Source of the DNA: Sarea resinae
Taxonomy: Eukaryota
DNA: 64,000 bases
Assembly: GCA_026026165.1 (NCBI GenBank)
Contig: JAPEUD010000003.1
Location: 310,001 to 374,000, forward strand
Reading direction: 5' to 3'
Both the position numbers and the translations under genes were made by a program. The notes below the pieces were generated by a model. That model was not told the DNA's origin. It was given only the letters and a program-made list of their open reading frames with translations, and searched no databases. Below, piece by piece: positions 13,339-22,875 of the stretch (positions within the stretch are counted from its first letter, which is position 1; every line of letters starts with the position of its first letter).

Positions 13339-13693
13339 ATGTCCCCGCCCTACGCCCTTTTTTTTCGTCTCTCGCGGGACGGTCTCGGCATGCTCTGGTT
13401 TTATTGGTTTGAGGGGCCGTGGGATTGGGATCCGGATCAGGAATAGGAATAGGGGGTCTTAGAAGGATCTAGCCGGCAGGACAGACAGGCAGGCAGGCAG
13501 GCAGGGCCACAGGATCAGGACTTACCGTACGGCACTGGGCTGGCCAATTACCCCGGTCTTCTTTTCTTTTTTTCTCTCTATCTGTCTCGCCATCTTACTA
13601 CTTCTTTTGTCTTTAGATCTCTTACCCATCATCATCATCATCTTCTTCTTCTTCTATCTTTTCAGGGTTTTGATTTCTTTCGATCGGCGGTTT

Positions 13694-13700
<7 letters not shown>

Positions 13701-13752
<52 letters not shown>
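13701..13752. repeat. (CT)26 microsatellite
   Basis: Perfect dinucleotide run. Confidence 0.95.
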
Positions 13753-13755
<3 letters not shown>

Positions 13756-14429
13756 CTAGCATGCAGTTTACGCAGGTAGATAGGTAGGTAGGCAATTGGA
13801 CTCGTGTTATCTCATGTTTATAATTCATGCCATCAAGCTTGATTTCGCTGCCCCTATCCCCCTACCTCCCTTGTCCCCTGCTCATCCAGCAAACCTAGAA
13901 AACCCATAATCTGCACCCTCTCCCACCCCCAAAATAGAAAAAGGCACCTTTGACATGCCCATTCATGGCCGCCTCGCCCAACCTCGCTACCTGGCCGTCC
14001 CCTTCCTCTTCCCCCCCCCTCCTCTCCCTCTCCCAGCTTTCACGTGCGCACATCTGAACGAACGAGCTCGTCCATGCCCTTGCCTGCCCTACCCTGCCCT
14101 TCGACCTCCTCCTCCTTGCTCCTTCTTCGAAGAATTCAGACGTGTAAGCGGCGCCCGGACTCTAGCTGGCGTTGGCTGTCGTAAAGAACCGAGTGCGCGG
14201 CGGTGTTGAGGCGAGGCGGAAGCAAGGAAAAGGAGGAACGGAAGGAAGGTCGGAAGAGGCGCAGGATGAGGAGGAAGAGAGGGGGGAGAGGGTGGCGGGT
14301 TTTATTTCTAGAGAGCCACGCCAGGAGAGTTTAGTACGATCATGGCTACCTATCCAGCTCAACTTAGCTAGCGAGGCGGCGGGAAGAGCCTGGCCACGGC
14401 ACCGACGACGACGATGATGATGATGATGA

Positions 14430-16042
14430 TCATGATGACGACGACAACACCAGCAGCAGCGAAGTCAGGACTACGGCAATAACGACGGATCGAATGGGCT
14501 CGTCTGTCCTTGTTCTGCTCCCGCGGACCGCCGAGGCCGCACTCGCCTTCTTCGTGGAACGGGCCGCAGCGCCTGAAGAGGAGGTAGGAGTAGACGTAGC
14601 GAAACTCACCTTGGAGCTCGAAGACTCATCAGAAGCGCCCTTCGGCGTCCCTTGGCCCACGAGCGGCAGCAGCAGCGAGAAGACGGCCTCGGCGCCGGGG
14701 TCCGGGGCGTCGTAGTCGATGGTGAAGACGCTGACGCTGCTTTGGCACCCGGACGACACGATAGCGTTTTCGCCAGTCAGCGACGTGTTGCCGTTGATGA
14801 GGCTGTTGGTGCCCGTATCGGCGGCCGGCGTCGTCGAGCCCATGCTGAATGTCCCTGAGGATGCCGAGTAGATCAGTGTGTTTACGCTTGCGCCGCCTGT
14901 GATGCGTGAGTCGTAGAATGGTGGCGAGATGCAGGATGTGTCAGTCAGCGAGGATATGACTGGGTAGTTGACGCTGTTGTATTTCGAGAGATGCGAATTG
15001 CGTTAGTTGTGGAATTCCCTTTGTGTTGGTTTCGAGAAAGGAGCAGGTTGGCAAGTTGAGACTTTTAATGAGAAAGGAGAACAGGGATAAAAGGGAGTGA
15101 TATTTGCGGGAAAAGGAGAAGGGGCGAGAGAGGAAGAGGCCTACCTCAGGCCGTATCCATCTGGAAGGAGCTGTTTTCCAATCGCGGCTTTGGCTATCTG
15201 GTTGACGAGGTTTGTGCTGAGATTGGCGGCGATGGTAGCGGGGTCCGGATACCCGCTTGCCGTCGATTTATTGAGTTGCTTGTAGCTGCGTTGGCCTGTG
15301 TTGCCTGCGGAGAAAGCAATGCCGGGATAGCCTCGTGATACGGCAGAGTAGCTATATCCGTCGTCACTACCAGAAGAGGAACAAATGAGACACAAGGGTG
15401 AAAACCTACGTTCCTCCTATGGTACCAGACAAGGTGTAGAGGACTGGTCCGGCGTTGTCGCCGAAATTGGGACCTCCCACTACAAGGTCGGGCTTTTTCC
15501 CGTTCCAATAATTTGGGACGACATAGTCGAGGGCAAAAAACGTGCAGGCTGCGGGTGTGCCATCAAAATACCAGATATGGTCGTCTGTGGGGTCCGTTCC
15601 AAACTGTGACGGGTCAGATATGATAAGACACTCAATTCACTCCGGTGAAAACTTACTGATGGGGCGCCCTCAGGGATGATATCGTAGTCTCCCGCGGTCG
15701 TCAGGTTGGCCGTGGAGGGGATGCTGATCTAAAAGGGAGCATTGTCAGAAAGGCCGGTGCCTTTTGAGGCTTTGGTCAACTTGCCGTTCCTCCTTTACCT
15801 GAGTTGTCTCGGACAGGGGCAACGATCCAAGCTGTGAAAAAGATAAGCTTCCTCTTTTCTTCCTTCTAGTTCGGGGAAGGGTACTCACCGTTGTGGCCAG
15901 CGGCATTGAGGAGCCTGTAGAATTCGCGGATATTGGCCGAGGCAAAGCCGTCGTCGTTATTCACGATGATATTGAGACTTGATGCCGCCGAGGCAAACAA
16001 GACCACGGTCGCGGCAATGGTGTTGGAAGCCGTGAAATGCAT
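14430..16042 (-). CDS. SurE-family 5'/3'-nucleotidase / acid phosphatase, secreted, with a GPI-like tail; 6 exons, one GC-AG intron
   Basis: Signal peptide followed by LNIIVNNDDGFASANIRE, WIVAP..NSGKG, DGTPAAC, PDLVVGGPNFGDNAG, YTLSGTIGG and GIAFSAGN (SurE motifs). Ser/Thr/Ala-rich linker and hydrophobic C-terminus. Confidence 0.88.
15729..15784 (-). other. GC-AG intron (donor ACG|GCAAGT) in the SurE gene
   Basis: Only this donor keeps NSGKGGT|ISIPSTANL in frame. The nearby GTAAAG donor gives a frameshift and stop. Confidence 0.8.
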
Positions 16043-16975
16043 CGTGAAGGGATCGGAATGCGAAGTCAGAATGAAAGAAGGGAAGGAATCAACAGTTGCT
16101 TCAAGGGATGCGTTGAGCCAGGGTTAGGGGACAGATAGATATATGGACATCCGCAACGGCTGCCCTAGCTACCTGATATCCAAAACTCTCACGCGGTCGA
16201 GCAGGCAGCCATCTGCCATGGTCAAGGAAGTTGCAATGCGGACGACCACGGTTATGGGGCCGCGACAAGTTCGTGACAGGTTTGAAGCAGAGGGAGGCGT
16301 CTGAGCCGCGCTGGCTCTCTCGACGGAGACTCATAGTATGTGTGATCTTAGGACGGACCGGCATGACGAAATGGTCCAGAAGAGCAAATGGGAGAGGCAG
16401 AGTGACTACACCGCCCGGCGAGAGCGACCACGATTGGCTCGAGGGAGCTTGTCGAGCTGGTCGAGCTGGTCGAGCTTGTCAGGGTCACGGTTCGAGGGGC
16501 GTGGACGGAGTATGTACTCCTACCCACCGAGACTGGGGATGCGGGCAGACAGGAAGGTAGAGCGACTCCTTCGTACCCCGATCGGATCGACCAATGCTGA
16601 TGGATGTCCGCCGAACAATTCCAATCAGCGACACACGTGTTGTCACGACGGTGGAATCCTCGTCGGCCCCCTAGAGATCTATTCTGACTACAGAGTACAG
16701 AGCACAGAGGACTCCGTCCGAACGGATCCCTTCACAGGCTGCAAATGGGGGGCATACCGTTCTTGGAGCCGGAGATTCCATCCTTCCGGGTATGCATCGC
16801 CGATGGAGAAGAACCTAAACAACCACAACTCCTTCTGTGATTGATGTCACCTCCTCATGTCTTTTGCTCTTCCTCTTCGATGTCCCTCTTTTCTTTTCTT
16901 TTCCTTCTCGACTTCTTCGTCCGAAAGACCTGGTCGAGAAGATTATGCTGGGCAACAAAGTCTGGAACCGGCATC

Positions 16976-18395
16976 ATGAGTCCTACAAAAGATAGACAAC
17001 TCCTACTACGCTTACCACAAGAGCAGGAGAGTCTACCGTCTGATTGAGAGTATACTTCCTTGGAACCGCGCTGGGCCGTACTTCTCGGAGGTGGTTCTCA
17101 ACCTTGACGCACTAAGCCTTATCGGGAAACATGATATACAGAAGAACACCAACAGTCCAGTTCACACGAAGCTTCTGTACGCCCATTTGTACACTTATCC
17201 CAATCAAGAATTCTTCTGGAGAAAGCAGACTGATAGATCATGCACTTTCGAAACACTTTCAATGTTGACTGATTTCAAGCCGATACCTATTTGCGTCATC
17301 TTGTGCTCAAGGCAGAGCACTAGGAAGAATTGAGCAATATTAACAACGGCATCGTTTGATCTCCAACGTTAGCATAGATACTCTTGAATCTTCGCTCCGT
17401 CTTGAAACTTTGGTTTTCGTTTTTTCCTTGCGCGAATAAAATGTCGGAGGCATAGAAAGACTATTTCCTATTCCTAGCATACGTCTTTCGAGCAGTCTAA
17501 TGAGAACACATTCTTTATGAAGTGATTTTACCATCTGAGCGCAAGAAAAATTGCTGTTTCTCATCAGGTATATAATGCTTGTGGAATGCTGCTCGCGAAC
17601 ACGTTCCGCTTCTAACAGCGATTTAGAATGCGCTACATCATCCGCACTGGAATGTCCTCCTCTCGCGAGACCGACCTCGCACTCGCCGCCTGCGTCTGCG
17701 CGCCTGTCTCTACGACGCGCAACCCAAAAGCGTGCATTGGGCCCGTCATGGTGAGCGCTTTTAATAATATCTCCGGACCTTCGCCAATTCCGGAGCACAA
17801 CCAAGACTGCGACCGCTTTCTAGATATCATCACCAGGGCGGTCGACAAAGCGGTACGAGAACGAAGTGATATGGACCCCGCCGCCACATCTGAAGAGACG
17901 CTTGAAGGAGTCAAGGCACTCCAGACTGGGAAACAGAAGCGGAGGATCTGGAACTTGAGCTCTGGGATCAAGAGGGTCTGGGTTGGGATTCAGAGATGGA
18001 CCAGATAGGCCTCTGTGATCTCGGACAGATGCTATATACGAAGTACTTATGACCAATGATTTGCTGCGTAAAGTTTTGACTGACTCACATTGAACTCAGG
18101 CATACGAATCGTGCGATAGCGTTCAGAGCTTGACCACGCGGCGAATATTCATTCTCTGGTGGAAGAAGGCCTTGCTGAGGACTTTAGGGATGACCAGGGA
18201 AGTGTATTGGTGACCCAAGCAGAGATCGGTACATATCAGCTCATCTTTCTTATTTCCACGTTCGATCTGACAAAATTTGTACCTAGGAACGTGACTGGAT
18301 GCCGCTATGAGCATCATGCATATGAGGATGTGCAATTCTCCTTTGAGATGCCGAAACCATGGCTAATGGGGTCTGAGATGGAGTTTTCGAGATGA
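16976..18395 (+). pseudogene. Probable decayed gene with an N-terminal F-box-like motif
   Basis: ATG..LLLRLPQE, then a frame change at about 17024 to RRVYRLIESILPW (LPxE.R..IY pattern). Downstream coding-like segments (17628-18008, 18159-18395) are in different frames with stops and intron-like signals. Confidence 0.35.
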
Positions 18396-18839
18396 GTGTG
18401 GATGCATTTTATTTGGAGGGGCTTGGCTGGGATGCACTTGGTTGGACAGAGCCGGGCGTTGGAGCGCAATGATACCAATATCCTTGATTGTGTTTTGCAT
18501 AGATGTATTTTATCAACGAATCCTACGTCTAGATTTTAGGAAGACGGAAGGATAACAGGATATTAAGTCAGGTGGTTCAGGGTTCTTAGTAAACATCACA
18601 ATTTTCATGGAATTCGATCATTTTCAAGATAGAGAGAGCATTGAATAGCATGCCTTGACATCACATTTCGTTGCACTGTGTCGTACCGTGAAGGTGTGGC
18701 CTCGCCAGTGTTCGTTATTCGTGCATGGCATGCCCCTAAAGGCCGTCTTGTCCGAAGTGAGACGTTCGACGAATCCTGTAAATCGGCCAATTTATGCCCT
18801 TTTTTCGTCGGACGTCTTAGCATCTGCGACTCTGTAATA

Positions 18840-18905
18840 GTGTGAAGACGGTGCCAAAAAGGTGTTAAAACAGTATCAAACTGGCAGTGAAACGGCATTA
18901 TGATG
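18840..18905. repeat. Degenerate 11-bp tandem repeat (about 6 copies, consensus roughly GTGTCAAAACG)
   Basis: gtgtgaagacg / gtgccaaaaag / gtgttaaaaca / gtatcaaactg / gcagtgaaacg / gcattatgatg. Confidence 0.55.
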
Positions 18906-19228
18906 GATTTGATTGAGTATGCAACTATCTGTGGGGAGAACCTTGCGATTGAAAGGCCCACCATGGTGATACGGAGCCAGGACAGGCCAAGTGAGAGACG
19001 CTCGACCATATTTTATCAAAGACAAGGAAGGTTTGGGGGGTTAACTCTATTGAACGTCTCTCCATCGCCACGAGAGCACTGAGACGTTCGACCCTTTTTC
19101 CAAGAAATCAAACGCAGTTTTGGACGTTTTTCGTTGAACGTCTCAGCCGTCAGAACACTGCTGGGGTGTAGCTAGTATTGATGCATCGATAGATCCACGG
19201 ATGTGAGCGCTGAGGGAACATGAGTCCT

Positions 19229-19420
19229 CAACTTTCAAGTTCCTAAAGGCAAACTTTGAATTCCCTCGAGGCAAACTATGAAGTCCCTAAAGGCAAACTC
19301 TGAAGTCCCCGAAGGCAAACTCTGAAGTCCCTGAAGGCAAAAGTCCCTGAAGGCAAACTTTGCCCTTTGCCCGAAGGCAAACTTCGCCCTTTGCCCGAAA
19401 GCGAAGTTCACCTTTTGCTC
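19229..19420. repeat. Tandem direct repeats: six copies of a 22-mer (AAACTCTGAAGTCCCTGAAGGC, the sixth shortened to 16 nt), then 2-3 copies of a 24-mer (AAACTTYGCCCTTTGCCCGAARGC)
   Basis: Units start at 19229, 19251, 19273, 19295, 19317, 19339, 19355, 19379 and 19403. Most junctions read AGGCAAAC. Confidence 0.93.
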
Positions 19421-19757
19421 TGAGACGTCCGACGATTTTTGACGCAAAAGTAGTTTTCGTACTTTTTCGGTCGAACTCGTGAGACGTTCAACGATTTTGT
19501 GTCAAAACCTCCCAGCTGCCCCGTGAATGCCCCAGTCTACCTAGGTACATACCTCAAGTAATTATGGGTTCTGGGACAAAAATCGTCGAACGTCTCAAGC
19601 AAAAAGGCGGTTCTCTTGAGCCTTGCTTTAGATTTTCTATGGGATTGTGCCTGAAAAGTGAGGTGAACCTGACGGAAAGCAAAATATGCTGAGACGTTCG
19701 ACGACGATATTTGCTAACAATTGAGCTCGCACATTTTCCGTCGAACGTCTCAGTCGG

Positions 19758-19801
19758 ATCAATGTTTAATCAATGTTTAATCAATGTTTGATGAATGTTT
19801 G
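19758..19801. repeat. AT-rich 11-bp tandem repeat x4 (ATCAATGTTTR)
   Basis: atcaatgttta atcaatgttta atcaatgtttg atgaatgtttg, starting 4 nt after the last IR arm. Confidence 0.9.
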
Positions 19802-20153
19802 GGACGCAGTGTGCGTGTAACAGTTTTAGGGAGATTTGGGCTGTTTCCTCGCGCAAGATGGTTGCATGCGAGAAAATTGCTAAATGAAGACGTAGAGATA
19901 TAGCCTAGGTAGACACATTTATGTCCCAGTAGCAAGTGCAATAGTCCTAAAATAAAAGGCCTTGAGTCTCGTTTTGTTCGAGTAAATGTTTATAACAATA
20001 ACACCGCGCCTATGGTTCCCTAAAATGACTCGACCAAGAGAACCACCATTATAAAGGTTCCGACACCAAGGATAGACAATCATTCTCGTATGCTTGCCGC
20101 ATTTCGTGAGCTGCTATAAATATATTCGCTGAATTTCACACCAGTCCGTCCGT

Positions 20154-22875
20154 TTACTCCTCAACGATCTCTTTAAAACTACTTTGTCGTCTATCAATGC
20201 CTCTCCCCCCTCTTTCCCTCCCACTCGCACTCCTCTCCACTCCCGCGCCAGAATGTTGACTTTCCGATCCCTCGCCATCGACTGAGTCATGCGCAGACGG
20301 AAGAGGCGGGCTAACAGGGCTCAGGAGCGCAATTTCAGATTGCAGGCTCGAGACTCTTTCTCTGCCGCTGGCGCTGTCAGGCGTGATGGTAACGTCTGGC
20401 GAACGTAGACTGGTCGCGGAGCTGAGGCTCGATGTGTTGCGAGAGTGTCGAGGGCGTGGATTGAATGTGGAGGGGTTAGAAGGTTGATTCATGAGGTAAC
20501 CTGTCGTGGGGGAGTCTGGGAAGGCTGAATTGGTGGAGCTTTTCGAGGTGGCTCTGTTTGGGTGAAGTAGTGGATTGGAGATCTGACGCATTGGAGGAGA
20601 GGGAAGTTCTGAGGGAATGGATGTGTCTAGCTCGTGTGATGATATCATTAGCATAAATGTCTGCAAGTGCCCTTACAGGTTCTTCAGCAACAATCGATGC
20701 AAAAGCCTTACCAGGTAGTTCATGAATTTCACTGCTACCGGCCTCGTGCGTATCACTTGTCGGTGCTAACGAAGCGTATCCAACGGTGCTAGCAATGGTA
20801 CCCTCATCGCCGGTTGTACCTTCCGTAGAGGTGATTGTCGGCGCCTTACCCCCTACAGGAGGGGTTCCATTAACCCAGCTCATAATGCGTTGCCGATTAC
20901 TATTCGTTCCTGCATGGCTGCTTCCATACGTCCTCTGGTAGCGGTGTCGATACCAGAGGAGCATGCAGAGAATCATAGCTGTGAGGACGATAAGACCTAC
21001 CACAACGCCCACAACAGGGCCGACCCAATTTGGAGTTCCGTGATGATGAGTTGGAGGGGTTGGGAAGACAATCGTGCTCCTTGGAGGACTTGATTGGGTA
21101 GAATTGGCCGGTACAGAGGGATAAGGATAAAATGAAGGAATGGTTTTGCTGTAGCCTACACCAAATAGAGATGAGAGGGTGGGATCACCCCATGTGTTTG
21201 GGCTGGTGGAAGTGGCGGCACCGAGAGCGCTGTGTTGGTTAGCTTTGTCTAAGATTGTGAGAAAGGAGGGAGATTGGGATGCCTTACTTTCCTCCGATCC
21301 TCTTCGTGACTATATCCGGAACCTTGTACTCGGACCACACGTCGGGATCGTAGGAGTCCTGAAATTCTAAGGTATTGAGATTAAAGATCTGGACGATGTT
21401 GTTGCTCAGACACTGGTAGCTGTTGGCTTCCTGGGGCACGCCGCCTACAACAAACATTTGATCTGGATAGACCTTTGCACATTTGTGAGAGTCTCTTCCG
21501 TGAGTAGAGTTCCCCGTATATGCCTTGAGCCAAGTGAAAGATGGGACCGAAAGAATGTAGACATCGTCTGAAGGGTCACTAGAGCTATTGAGCCCATCGT
21601 ACCCACCATAAAAATAGACGTTATGGGAGGAGCTGTCATTAGCTGATGCTAAAATAGAACAAGCCCTTGTGAGTTGTGGTGGATAGTCGCCTGTCGTGTT
21701 TTGTAGGTACCTGTGAATTATCAAGACATAGTTCCTTTGCGTGCCCAACTCACTTACCAGTTCTGAGACGCTATATCGTAGATTGCAATTTCTTTGATGA
21801 AACCAGGGCTCTCGTTTTCCTACAGAGCAAGTTGAGCAATCGGGGACTAGCTAAGTAGATCAGAATAGAACTTACGCTTTGCGTGATCTGTTGGCTATCT
21901 TCCATGAGATAGTATGACTCGGGGTCGACCACTCCGCCTATAGCAAGGAGAATTCCTTGCTCAGATACCGGTACCCAAACAAGTTCAGCATTCGCTCTCC
22001 CTGGTATGTTCGATGGCAGAGTAACATTGGACCATTGCTCGTGACGCATGACGGACATATTGACTGATATGAAGGAATTCGCAATCGTTGTTGCATTATA
22101 CTCTGGCCGGCCTTGAACTCGAATTTCCCCCCAGTCAGCTCGCCGCATGCCACTGAAATAAAAACCCATGTTTTCAGAGGGAACATTGACGCCGGCTCCA
22201 CCAGTCACATATGTCGTCATGTTACTTGGCAAGAGGCCGTCGTAGAAGCCAGCAGTCCAAGATTCTCTATATGGTCCATATTGATAACGTTCATACCCAA
22301 GGACAGATGTTGCTGGAGGTGGACTAAGGCTATCAGTATCTCGGATCAAGCCCCCGTACAGATAGAACTCGTCAGTATTTGCAAACATCATCCCATCATA
22401 GTAGTCAGGGGCTAAATTGTTGCCCGCTCCGGCGGTCTTCGGCAGAGTGGTGAAGATGTCACTGGCATTTTGGGATGTGTTGAAAGGACGAGTGAAGTTC
22501 AACGCATATAGGACCGAAGTGTCCTCTGAAGCCTGTTAGCTGGGAAAACGTGAGTACAATCGAAGAGCTACCAGGCTGATCAACAGCGCCCACAGAGCCG
22601 TTTGCAAACCCGGGCAGAAATCCTAGCCATCCGCCATCCAAATATAACGTATCCCTGATGACAGCGGCTTGGGAAGCATTAGCATCATCTCATACTACCA
22701 CGGCCGTCTAAGATGATTTACCCCGAGGCTGCTGCCACCAGCATAAACTGGTATTTATTTGATTTGGCTCCCAGTCTCGACGAAAAATGGAAACTTCCGC
22801 CTCAGGTAGAGGCTCTGTCGTAGCCAACGGCCAGGGAGCGCAGAAAGCGGCAAAGAATACCAGTAATTTGTACAT
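20154..22875 (-). CDS. Type I membrane protein with a kelch/galactose-oxidase-like beta-propeller ectodomain; about 7 exons
   Basis: Signal peptide MYKLLVFFAAFCAPWPLATT. Kelch-like motifs LYLDGG, YLYGG, LLAIGG, YFYGGYDG..DDVYILSVPSFTW and MFVVGG. TM segment VVGVVVGLIVLTAMILCMLLWY followed by RHRYQR, then a Ser/Pro-rich tail. Confidence 0.85.

Larger units (their letters stand above)
18759..19753. repeat. Array of six inverted-repeat pairs GAGACGTTCGACG-(spacer)-CGTCGAACGTCTC
   Basis: Units at 18759-18818, 18995-19060, 19081-19144, 19422-19478 (right arm partly deleted), 19481-19596 and 19691-19751. The last has a perfect 15-bp IR (19689-19703 / 19739-19753). Confidence 0.92.

Noticed and set aside
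16445..16482. 9-bp tandem GTCGAGCT(G/T) x4 in the SurE upstream region
   Set aside because: Short minisatellite like many others in this genome; no further structure.
19235..19447. 70-aa ORF with FAFGQRAK repeats
   Set aside because: By-product of the 22/24-bp tandem repeat; non-ATG start and no coding context.
18759..19753. CRISPR array interpretation of the repeat/spacer block
   Set aside because: Repeats alternate in orientation, unit spacing is irregular, there are no cas genes, and the context is a eukaryotic chromosome.
18759..19753. GAGACG/CGTCTC are BsmBI (Esp3I) sites, suggesting a synthetic Golden Gate cassette or vector contamination
   Set aside because: Arms extend well beyond the 6-mer, carry natural-looking substitutions and a deletion, and no vector parts are nearby.
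19758..19801. ATCAATGTTTA matches the S. cerevisiae ARS consensus at 9/11
   Set aside because: Partial matches are common in AT-rich DNA, and filamentous ascomycetes are not known to use this consensus.
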